Shown here one piece after another: positions 19,477-29,189 of a stretch of 32,713 nucleotides of DNA. Source of the stretch: Octopus bimaculoides. Its lineage: Eukaryota. The stretch spans positions 15,832,704 to 15,865,416 of the forward strand of contig NC_069008.1 of the NCBI RefSeq assembly GCF_001194135.2, given 5' to 3'. The position numbers and the translations under genes were made by a program. A model generated the notes under the pieces. That model was not told the DNA's origin, ran no database searches, and saw only the letters and a program-made list of their open reading frames with translations. Position 1 is the first letter of the stretch, and the number at the start of each line of letters is the position of its first letter.

Positions 19477-20517
19477 ATGGAGAACATCAATCACTTGGAC
19501 ACTTCAAACACAACAGTTTTCAACAATATAAATACAGTTAGAGAGACAGACAGAGATGAGAAAGCTGGAGGGGAAAATGTTCTTGAATATCACTGTGAGA
19601 TCTGTAGGAAGACGTTCTCTGCAGAACATGAAGTTTTCAAACACAAAGAAATACACAGGAAGGAAAAACGGTTCTGTTGTGAAATATATGGGAAATATTT
19701 TATCAAGAACAATTTCTTAACAAAACATAAACGAATACACACTGGAGTGAAGCCTTTCCAGTGTGAAATATGTGGAAAAGCATTCTTCAATAGATCTCAC
19801 CTTGAACTTCACAAGCGTAGTCATACAGGAGAAAAACCGTTTCACTGTGAATTATGCGGAAAATCTTTTGTCTCTAATAGTCATTTAACAACACATAAAA
19901 GAATCCACACGGGGGAGAAACCCTATCACTGTGAAATATGTGGGAAATCTTTTATCACAAATGGATTATTAAAAACACATAAAATCACACACAATGGAGA
20001 GAAACCGTTTCACTGTGACATTTGTGGGAAATTATTCTTTAACAGTTCTCATCTTGCAGTTCACAAACGTAGTCACACTGGAGAAAGACCATACCACTGT
20101 GAAATATGTGGGAAATTGTTTGTTTCAAATAGTGATTTAACCAGACACAAACGTATACACACTAAAGAAAAACCCTATCGTTGTGAAATATGTGGAAAAT
20201 CATTTATATATAATTATTATTTAACAAGTCACAGAAGAATACACACAGGAGAGAAACTATATCATTGTGAAGTGTGTGGAAAGTCGTTCTCTGGTAATTC
20301 TAGTCTTGTAGTTCACAACCGATTACATACAGGGGAAAAACCCTATCCTTGCGAAATATGTGGGAAAGCATTCGTTAATAATTCTCATCTTGTGGTTCAC
20401 AAACGTAGTCACACTGGAGAAAAACCCTATCGTTGTGAAATATGTGGAAAATCATTTATGACAAACAGCCACTTAAAAAGACATGCACAAATACACACTG
20501 GAGAGAAGCCTTTTTGA
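19477..20517 (+). CDS. C2H2 zinc-finger protein ZNF-C, 11 fingers (finger 2 broken: CEIY)
   Basis: ATG in good context (AACATGG). CEICGK-type fingers with TGEKP linkers; a different subfamily from ZNF-A/B. Confidence 0.92.
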   Translation: MENINHLDTSNTTVFNNINTVRETDRDEKAGGENVLEYHCEICRKTFSAEHEVFKHKEIHRKEKRFCCEIYGKYFIKNNFLTKHKRIHTGVKPFQCEICGKAFFNRSHLELHKRSHTGEKPFHCELCGKSFVSNSHLTTHKRIHTGEKPYHCEICGKSFITNGLLKTHKITHNGEKPFHCDICGKLFFNSSHLAVHKRSHTGERPYHCEICGKLFVSNSDLTRHKRIHTKEKPYRCEICGKSFIYNYYLTSHRRIHTGEKLYHCEVCGKSFSGNSSLVVHNRLHTGEKPYPCEICGKAFVNNSHLVVHKRSHTGEKPYRCEICGKSFMTNSHLKRHAQIHTGEKPF

Positions 20518-20529
20518 TTGGGAAACTTG

Positions 20530-20625
20530 AGAAATACTTTGAGAGATTGGCACTTCTTTCTGGAGCTGTTGCCATCCATCCACATCACAGGTCCAAACCA
20601 GCACAATCTTCTCTCTTGCACACAG
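20530..20625 (-). mobile_element. RTE-type LINE C-terminal fragment
   Basis: QERRLCWFGPVMWMD resembles the RRLRWxGHVxRM motif of RTE ORFs. Confidence 0.6.
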
Positions 20626-21083
20626 CGACTAATTCCTACAGAAGTAAAACTTTACTGACAGGAATTTTATTGAAAAATATTCTCATTAGTAAACCATTTT
20701 GTGAAACATAATGAAATATTTATGGGACAAAGACAGAGAAAACGGTCACTAGAAATAGAAGTAACAACAAATTTGAAGAATAGAAACAAAGAAAGGAAAG
20801 CAATTTTTCAATGCTTGGAAATAAACAACTGGGCATAATGTTTTCATTGACCAATCATTTCGTCATCATCATTGTTGTCATCATTTTAACGACCACTTTT
20901 CTATGCTTGTGTTGTTCAGCTGAAGTTCACCGAGGCAGATTTTCTGTGGTCAGATGCCCATCCTGTTGCCAGGCCTCACCTATTATCAAGAAATGTTTCC
21001 CCTTGACCAGTCATGTTTTCAGGAAATAACAGAAATGAAGGACACTGCTTGTATATGGGTGACACAACTACCATACTATGTCA

Positions 21084-21176
21084 AGACAAACGGACACACA
21101 TTTATATAAACATGATGGGCTTCCTTCAGTTTCTGCCTATCAGATCCACTCACAAGTCTTTGGGTGGGTTCACTGT
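21084..21176 (-). mobile_element. SINE family X fragment
   Basis: GGGCTTCCTTCAGTTTCTGCCTATCAGATCCACTCACAAG matches the X core. Confidence 0.6.
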
Positions 21177-21265
21177 TGTAGACTTCACTAATTATCATAA
21201 ACATGACAGATTCCTGGGAAATAAACAAAGAAACATAATTCTCTCAATATTCAATATTTGCCTTT

Positions 21266-21378
21266 CATTCTTTCAGGATCAATAAAATAAGTACCAGTTG
21301 AATACTGGGGGTTAATGTAATCATGTTTCCCCCTCCACCGAAATTGTTGACCTTGTGCCAGAATTTGAAAGTAATATT
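21266..21378 (+). mobile_element. SINE family Y fragment
   Basis: AATAAAATAAGTACCAGTTGAATACTGGG…CCTTGTGCC matches 8880-8965. Confidence 0.55.
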
Positions 21379-21570
21379 TACATACATTTTTTCTATAGAG
21401 GATATCTACCACTGAAATGGTTTAGAAAAGTGTCTAAATTTCATAATGGTGGGGTGTTGAAATATCCACTCAAAGCCAAGACAGACATTCATCTTACTGG
21501 GACCTCTTCATATCAAAACAGTCTGTCACTCATTAGATTTTTAATAAAATTTCAATAGCATATATATAGA

Positions 21571-21712
21571 AGTGGCTGTATATAGGTGCAGGAGTGACTG
21601 AATATAGGCGCAAGAGTGGCTGAATATAGGCACGAGTGGCTGTATATAGGTGCAGGAGTGGCTGTATATAGGCACAAGAGTGGCTGAATATAGGCACAGG
21701 ACTGGCTGTATA
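21571..21712. repeat. 22-bp minisatellite (AGTGGCTG[T/A]ATATAGG[T/C]GCA[G/A]G), about 6.5 copies
   Basis: Units read directly; they run into (TA)n and a gap. Confidence 0.9.
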
Positions 21713-21959
21713 TATATATATATATATATATANNNNNNNNNNNNNNNNNNNNNNNNNNNNNNNNNNNNNNNNNNNNNNNNNNNNNNNNNNNNNNNNNNNN
21801 NNNNNNNNNNNNNNNNNNNNNNNNNNNNNNNNTGGGATTAATCCAATGAATTAAAAGTAACAAGTAGTTATGCCGAAGAAAAACTATTTCCCCACCATTT
21901 AGCTGTTATTTCTAGCATGTTGGATTTTCTGCCGAGGGCTTCATATTTTTCATTTACTT

Positions 21960-22620
21960 TTCGAGAGAAATCTGCGCAGGCGCAAAGAAACATGTTCAAT
22001 ACGTACAACAGACGGAGTTTTGTATTTTTAGAAAGGAGGAGGGAGGAGTGTCGGGGGGAGTGATGTTGGATCTTTGTTTTCTCAAAGTTTAGAATTGAAA
22101 AAAAAAAAACATCTTCCAGATTCGTAATCTCGGCATCTTTACACGTTGATTAAACAAAAGACTAAAATAAAAACAGAAAAATAATTTTAAAAATGGTATG
22201 GAGAGGAGGAAAATAATCCTTTGAAAGCTTTTCTTTTTTTTTTTTTCACTCAGAATCATAATCTTCGATAACGAAAACAGGAATTCCTGAGAAATTTTTG
22301 AAAGGAAAAAGGAAGTTGATGGGAGTACAACCGACCACAGCCGAGATTTTAATCAAAAAGGGTCACACGAAAATATATCTGAAGGCTGCCCTCATAGGTA
22401 AAAGGGTTAAACGGTCTGATGCACGGTGTTAAATATCCATAAAAACCCTTTCTTTCAGTTCTTGGAATTCAAAAATTCGGCAATGTTTCGTTGATGGTCT
22501 AAATCTTCGGCAATTTCCGTCACGAAGTTGTATTTATTTAGTTTTTCTTTTCATGTCCTTTTGAAGGCGACATTTGCTTCGAAATCAGCGAGGGAGGTGA
22601 AAGGTGAAATAGACCGGAGT
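21960..22620 (+). repeat. Repeated module K/L, copy 1 (other copies 25325-25600, 27163-27420, 31120-31660; distant L relative at 424-620)
   Basis: Shared blocks: GCGCAGGCGCAAAG (only here and at ~31135), ATATCTGAAGGCTG..CTCATAGGTAA, TTCGGCAATGTTTCGTTGATGGTCTAAATCTTCGGCAATTTCCGT and TTGAAGGCGACATTTGCTT. Confidence 0.9.
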
Positions 22621-23075
22621 GCGCGTGCGCTATTGTTGACACACACACACACACAAACACAAAGGAACACACACACACACTGACTTGCATGTCGATTAGT
22701 TGAAAAGTGAAACCCACGCTCGCACAATGTATGACTGTATTTATGTATGTTAGTGGATATTAGAGATGGTGAGCGTAGACGTGTGTGTGTGTGAGGGGGT
22801 GTATATGCGTGTGTGAACACACATACATAAACCTGAACACGGTCTCACGCGCAAACACACACACACACAAACACACACATATAAACCAATTATATTTCAT
22901 ATACATATACATACGTATATATTTTGTTCAAGTGTGTGTAGGTGTACTTGTGTGTGTGTGTGTGTGTGAGGACAAACGTGAACTCGCTCCTAGACCCAGT
23001 ACCCCATTTTTCCTTCCTTATCGACTTCAAAGCAAATGTCGACTTGAACAGGATGGTAATTAAATAAAAACACTA

Positions 23076-24080
23076 ACGGAAATTGCCGAACAATCCGCTG
23101 CAAGAAAATGACAGGAAAATCACAAGATTGAAAGCCTCAACGAAACATTGCGCTACAGGCAAACAAAATAACATCAGAATCTTTCCTTCATTTTAATAAA
23201 CACAGGACTAATGTAAAAGCAGATATATTTTATTCTTACGTTGGCAATTCAAAGACTTTATGTTAACAGCGGACAAATTTCATTAGGAAATCATCCACCA
23301 GATTTTTTAAAATAGCAGAAGAATTGAAAAAACATTGCGCAATGGTGCTGACCTATTATAATGCAAACAGAAAAGAAAGAAAAACAATTACTCTTTGGCA
23401 GACAAAGTTTTACGAAGCCAAGAAAATATGAATGTACATAAATAAAATAGCCTACATATTAATATTGTTCATATTTAGTTGTATATAAAGCAACGTTGTT
23501 TCAATTTTCAGAGTGAAGAGTTATTTTGAAATTTAGAATGTTCCTAGAAGCAAATGTCGTCTTTAAGCAAACATGAAATGACAGTAAAAAAGTAAAAATT
23601 ATTTACGGAAATTTCCGAACAATAAGCTGCAAGAAAATAACAGGTAAATGACAAGATTGCCTTTTCAATCACACTTCAAATATTTTAAGAAATTAAGAAC
23701 TAGCGTAAAAGCAAATACATTTTATTATTTCTTCGGCATTTCGAAGACTTTATTATAATAACAAAATTTATAAGGATTTAAAAATTAGCAGAAGAATTGG
23801 AAAAGCATTAAGCAATGCTGCTGAGATAGAATAACGCCGTGAGAAAGAAAGAAAAACAATTTCTCTTTGGCAGAAACTTTAACGAATCCAGCGATATATG
23901 AAAGCACATGAATAAAATAGCCTGCATATTAATGTTGTTCATATTTAATCGTATATAAAAGAATGTTTGTTCAATTTCCAGAGGGAAGAGTTATTTTGAA
24001 ATTTAAAATGTTCCTAGAAAGCAATGGTGTCATTAGTAAAATTTATGGTAGGAAATAGCGTTAGTGAAACATCTTATTAG
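23076..24080 (+). repeat. Module M, two tandem ~0.5-kb copies (23076-23560, 23603-24080); others at 27525-27650 (partial), 31663-32220 (+) and 32220-32430 (-)
   Basis: Shared ACGGAAATT.CCGAACAAT…GCAAGAAAAT, TAGCAGAAGAATTG.AAAA.CAT, AATAAAATAGCCT.CATATTAAT and TTCAATTT.CAG|AG.GAAGAG. Confidence 0.9.
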
Positions 24081-24211
24081 ATGATATTTCTGAAACCAAA
24101 TCAAGTTTGGCGGTGTTTGGTTGTAACCACAAACTAATTGTTTTTTCAAAAAAACATCTGATGTCTGAATTCATAAGCAAAAGGTTTAAACGTTGTTTTT
24201 AATTCATTGTA

Positions 24212-25135
24212 TCAAGCCCATCTCAGTACCGCAAGTTTAAGCAAAATACTCATTAGCACACCGCTCGAGAATAAAAGACAGATTAGATTCTTCTTTTTTT
24301 TTTCTTCTTTTTCTTCTTCTTTTTTGCTCCTCGGTTCAAACTTTAGTTGTTTGAGCAATGTCGACATAATCTGAGGCATTTGTTTCATGCCCTTTTTGTC
24401 TTCAGTGTCGAATTCAGAAGAAGCAACATAGTTAGAGACAGCGGTTAAAAGTGTCAAGATTTCATATTTAGTGCCATATTCAATCAAAAACTTACTTAAA
24501 GCTTGCATATATTTCGAACCCTGTTTTGAATGCCTGTATGACGTATGTTCATTATACGATGAATGAAAAACCAACAGATCTGGCATAATTGGAATATTGA
24601 TTAACGTTTCATTAACTTCTGTTTCAAGTCCATCAGGTACGTGGACTCCTTCATCTTTCTTTTTTCCACGACATGCTTGAACAAAAATTAATTTAGGTAC
24701 TCCGCTTAAAGATGGACACTTCTCGGGTGTCAGGTAAGAAAGCAATTCATGTAGCCCAACCTCCTGTTCGTCCGATCCAGATATCATCTCGTTTTCACCA
24801 CCATGGCTCATAATTGCACAAATAAAGCAACCAATATTGATATAACGTTTATCTTTAAACCCTTTGAAAGCATTGAGCATTTCGTCGGCTGTATTATCTT
24901 GCTTAACTGTGATATCCCCTTCAGAAAATCCAAGTTCTATTAATGCCGCTTTAAAATCTCTTGTGTCTTTTGATGAGCTTTCACGATTTCCAAGCTTTAT
25001 GAACTTTTTGTTGTTGAAGATGTAGGCTACACGTTCCTTTTTAGCATCCATATCATAATTGGCGGAATATTCACTGAGATCAAATGGTGAAGGAGGCTGA
25101 ACGCCTGGTCTAACGTTTGCACTTCCAGCGTCCAT
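24212..25135 (-). CDS. Single-exon caspase (caspase-3/7-like, short prodomain) with a C-terminal hydrophobic extension (307 aa)
   Basis: Intact SHG and QACRG; S1-pocket Arg equivalents in NRESSSKD and SYRHSKQGS; candidate linker cleavage at VPD|G. First ATG at 25135 in strong context (ACTATGG); the ORF-track start at 25144 is TTG. Orthology is not established. Confidence 0.92.
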   Translation of the reverse strand: MDAGSANVRPGVQPPSPFDLSEYSANYDMDAKKERVAYIFNNKKFIKLGNRESSSKDTRDFKAALIELGFSEGDITVKQDNTADEMLNAFKGFKDKRYINIGCFICAIMSHGGENEMISGSDEQEVGLHELLSYLTPEKCPSLSGVPKLIFVQACRGKKKDEGVHVPDGLETEVNETLINIPIMPDLLVFHSSYNEHTSYRHSKQGSKYMQALSKFLIEYGTKYEILTLLTAVSNYVASSEFDTEDKKGMKQMPQIMSTLLKQLKFEPRSKKEEEKEEKKKKNLICLLFSSGVLMSILLKLAVLRWA

Positions 25136-25216
25136 AGTAGTCAATGTAACAATGTGATGAACTGAAGCTAGTTCCGTGTATAATATATTATTTCTGTCCT
25201 CTCAGATTGCTATCAA

Positions 25217-25226
25217 TGCGCATGCG
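25217..25226. promoter_or_regulatory. NRF1-like site TGCGCATGCG ~80 bp upstream of the caspase ATG
   Basis: 10/12 match to the palindromic NRF1 consensus; position fits a proximal promoter. Confidence 0.5.
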
Positions 25227-25605
25227 TTAACGAAATCCAACTCCTGGCTTCCAACTCAAAATATGCACATGCATCAGAAATTCTCACCCTAAGAATCTGC
25301 GTTTCTATTTAAGGATCCCACACCTTAAAGGGTTACAGGAAAAGATATCTGAAGGCTGAACTCATAGGTAAGAGGGTTAAACGTTCAGATGCGCGGTGTT
25401 CAATATCAATAAAAAGTCATTCTTCCCTTATTTGGCTTTCAAAATTTCGGCAATGTTTCGTTGATGGTTTAAATCTTCGGCAATTTCCGTAACGAAATTT
25501 TTATTTCTTTATTTTCATTTAGTTCATGTTGAAGGCGACATTTGCTTAGAAATCGGTGAAGGAGGGGAAAAGTGAACTACACCGTAGAGTGCGTGCGCAA
25601 TCAAT

Positions 25606-25640
25606 CACACACACACACACACACACACATATGCACACAC

Positions 25641-25684
<44 letters not shown>

Positions 25685-26181
25685 TCTCTTGTCGATGAGT
25701 TGAATAGTGAAACCCTCACTTGCACAATGTATGAATGTATTTAGGTGTATATGGGCGATAATGGCTGTGTGTGTGTGTGCGTGCGTATGTATGTTTGTGT
25801 GTATGTATGCGTGTATGTATGTGTGTTTGTATGTATGCGTGTGTGTGTGTGTGTGACTAGAAATACATAAAACAGAACACGCTGGGGCACACGCACAATG
25901 TTACACACACACAAATACACACAGAATCACACAAATGCATACCTGCTCACACACACGCACACACGCACGCACACACACACACATGCACACACACACATGC
26001 ACACACACATGCACACACACACACACACGTACGCACGCACGCACGCACGCACACATACAACCATGTCGATGCGTTGAATATTGAAACCCTCACACAAATA
26101 CACACAGAATCACACAAATGCATACCTGCTCACACACACGCACACACGCACGCACACACACACACATGCACACACACACAT
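25606..26181. repeat. Compound (CA)n/(TG)n microsatellite region with a ~95-bp direct duplication next to a gap
   Basis: 25907-26000 recurs at 26088-26181. Confidence 0.9.
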
Positions 26182-27421
26182 NNNNNNNNNNNNNNNNNNN
26201 NNNNNNNNNNNNNNNNNNNNNNNNNNNNNNNNNNNNNNNNNNNNNNNNNNNNNNNNNNNNNNNNNNNNNNNNNNNNNNNNNNNNNNNNNNNNNNNNNNNN
26301 NNNNNNNNNNNNNNNNNNNNNNNNNNNNNNNNNNNNNNNNNNNNNNNNNNNNNNNNNNNNNNNNNNNNNNNNNNNNNNNNNNNNNNNNNNNNNNNNNNNN
26401 NNNNNNNNNNNNNNNNNNNNNNNNNNNNNNNNNNNNNNNNNNNNNNNNNNNNNNNNNNNNNNNNNNNNNNNNNNNNNNNNNNNNNNNNNNNNNNNNNNNN
26501 NNNNNNNNNNNNNNNNNNNNNNNNNNNNNNNNNNNNNNNNNNNNNNNNNNNNNNNNNNNNNNNNNNNNNNNNNNNNNNNNNNNNNNNNNNNNNNNNNNNN
26601 NNNNNNNNNNNNNNNNNNNNNNNNNNNNNNNNNNNNNNNNNNNNNNNNNNNNNNNNNNNNNNNNNNNNNNNNNNNNNNNNNNNNNNNNNNNNNNNNNNNN
26701 NNNNNNNNNNNNNNNNNNNNNNNNNNNNNNNNNNNNNNNNNNNNNNNNNNNNNNNNNNNNNNNNNNNNNNNNNNNNNNNNNNNNNNNNNNNNNNNNNNNN
26801 NNNNNNNNNNNNNNNNNNNNNNNNNNNNNNNNNNNNNNNNNNNNNNNNNNNNNNNNNNNNNNNNNNNNNNNNNNNNNNNNNNNNNNNNNNNNNNNNNNNN
26901 NNNNNNNNNNNNNNNNNNNNNNNNNNNNNNNNNNNNNNNNNNNNNNNNNNNNNNNNNNNNNNNNNNNNNNNNNNNNNNNNNNNNNNNNNNNNNNNNNNNN
27001 NNNNNNNNNNNNNNNNNNNNNNNNNNNNNNNNNNNNNNNNNNNNNNNNNNNNNNNNNNNNNNNNNNNNNNNNNNNNNNNNNNNNNNNNNNNNNNNNNNNN
27101 NNNNNNNNNNNNNNNNNNNNNNNNNNNNNNNNNNNNNNNNNNNNNNNNNNNNNNNNNNNNNNAGTATATCTGAAGCCTGCCCGCATAGGTAAAAGGGTTA
27201 AACGGTCAGATGTAAAATATACATAAAATGACTGTCTTTCAGTTTTTGGAATTCAAAAATTCGGCAATGTTTCGTTGATGGTCTAAATCTTCGGTAATTT
27301 CCGTCACGAATATTTATTTATTTACTTTTTCTTTTCAAATCCTTTTGAAGGTGACGTTTGCTTCGAAATCGGTGAGGGAGGTGAAAGGTGGAATAGACCG
27401 GAGTGCGCGTGCGGTATTATT

Positions 27422-27467
<46 letters not shown>

Positions 27468-27740
27468 GACACACACACATCACACACGCAGGCACACTCA
27501 CAAACACACACACTCACACATCCTTTTGAAATTTAGAATTTAACTATAAGGCTCTGGTGTTCTTAATAAATTCATGCAAGGAATCAGTTTTAGTTAGACA
27601 TCTTGAAAAATTAAAGGATATTCATTAAATCATAATCACGTTTATGATTGTATTAGTAATTAATTAGCTGAAAATATTACATTTATCTATTTATCAATTT
27701 ATGCTGTTGGTGTTACCCATGAAAATAGTTTTACATAGGA

Positions 27741-28077
27741 GGAGACTCCTTCGGTCATGAATGACCATGGGATTGCACCTAGAAAGTTACCCTCCGAGGC
27801 ACAGATCCGGGCAGGTTGCTTATGGAAGGCCACCAGTCGCCCATGCATACCAGCCTTCCCACTCCACAACACTGATGTTATCCAAGGGAAAGACAAAGGG
27901 GCCGATACAGCTTGGCACCTGTGACGTCGCAACTCATTTCTACAGCTGAGTGAACTGGAGCAATGTGAAATAAAGTGTCTTGCTCAAGAACACAACACAC
28001 AACCAGGTCTGGGAATTGAACTCACAACCTCACGATCGTAAGCTTGATGCTCTAACCACTGAGCCATGCGCCTTCAC
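27741..28077 (-). mobile_element. tRNA-derived SINE (Z-type head, different tail)
   Basis: Reverse complement begins GTGAAGGCGCATGGCTCAGTGGTTAG, with B-box GAGTTCAATTCCC and a core shared with 1740-1810. Confidence 0.8.
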
Positions 28078-28123
28078 AGTTTTATATACATACATACATA
28101 CATACATACATACATACATACAT

Positions 28124-28166
<43 letters not shown>

Positions 28167-28211
28167 GAGGTTTTAAAAACACTACTTCTGCATTTGTGGA
28201 TGTATGTGTTT

Positions 28212-28875
28212 CTAAAGCATATTCTTTTCGTATAATATGCAGAGGCATAAGAAATTCTCGCAGTAAGAAGCTCCATATCCATTTAAGGATTCCACACCTG
28301 NNNNNNNNNNNNNNNNNNNNNNNNNNNNNNNNNNNNNNNNNNNNNNNNNNNNNNNNNNNNNNNNNNNNNNNNNNNNNNNNNNNNNNNNATGGTGTTTCGA
28401 ATAATACAAACTCTGGAATTCAAAAGAGACAAGATAATTTGAATCCGAATCTAGCATCATCGATTTTTTTAATCCCACAACCTGCTTGAATAAAGACTAA
28501 TTTAGGTATTCCTTATAATGATGGACAGCAATCGAGTCTCGGGCAAGAAAGCAATGCATCTAGCTTCACTTCATCGTCGTATCCATATATAGCCTCGTTT
28601 TCTGCACCATGACTCAGAATTGCACAAATAAAGCGATTAATAACGATTTCAGGATTATCTTGCTCAAACTCTTTCATCAAAAGACGATGATTTAAAAAGG
28701 GCATAGGATAATCTTCGTTTTATGAAGATTAGCTCAGCTTTTATACAGATGTAAGAGTTGGACAAATGTTTGAGTGCTGAATCTGTATAAAAGCTGAGGT
28801 CATCATCATGAAATCAAGATTTTCTCATGCCCTTTTTAACTTCTTCGTCTTTTGATGAGCCTTCTTTTGTGTTCG
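28212..28875 (-). pseudogene. Caspase pseudogene 2 (internal fold-back hairpin, stop codon, QAGCG)
   Basis: KEGSSKD…[hairpin]…LMKEFEQDNPEIVINRFICAILSHGAENEAIYGYDDEVKLDALLSCPRLDCCPSL*GIPKLVFIQAGCG. The part beyond the gap (28212-28300) is only weakly similar. Confidence 0.88.
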
Positions 28876-29189
28876 TAGGTGTGTGTGTATGTGTGTGTAT
28901 GTGTGTCTCTCTATCTGTGTCTTCGTAAGCGTGTAGGTGGTATGTGTGCATTTGATTCCGGTCGAGTATGAGTGTACGCGCGAGCGTTTGCGAAATAAAA
29001 AACATGATTTCCTACAAAAACAAAAGCTGAAATTCTATATCGAAATAAATTCTCAATTAAATTATCTTAATTTTAATTCATTGTATTATCCCCATCAAAG
29101 TACTTCAAGTTTAGTCCCTGGCCATATCCGTCCCAAGAGGATTCCGAATCAGAGTGCTTCACAGATTTTACACAAACACACACACATAC

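Noticed and set aside
21571-21712. CRISPR-like array
   Set aside because: Contiguous 22-bp units without unique spacers in a eukaryotic context; an ordinary minisatellite.
22540-22640. Module L as a caspase N-terminal relic (…REVKGEID…)
   Set aside because: Spacing does not fit RxGxxxD and the similarity is marginal.
23280-23440. Module M as a protein-coding exon (KIAEELKKHCAM…; ORF 32245-32436)
   Set aside because: Other copies have stops and frameshifts, and I recognise no domain.
25907-26181. 95-bp direct duplication
   Set aside because: Low-complexity and abutting a gap; likely a contig-end artefact.
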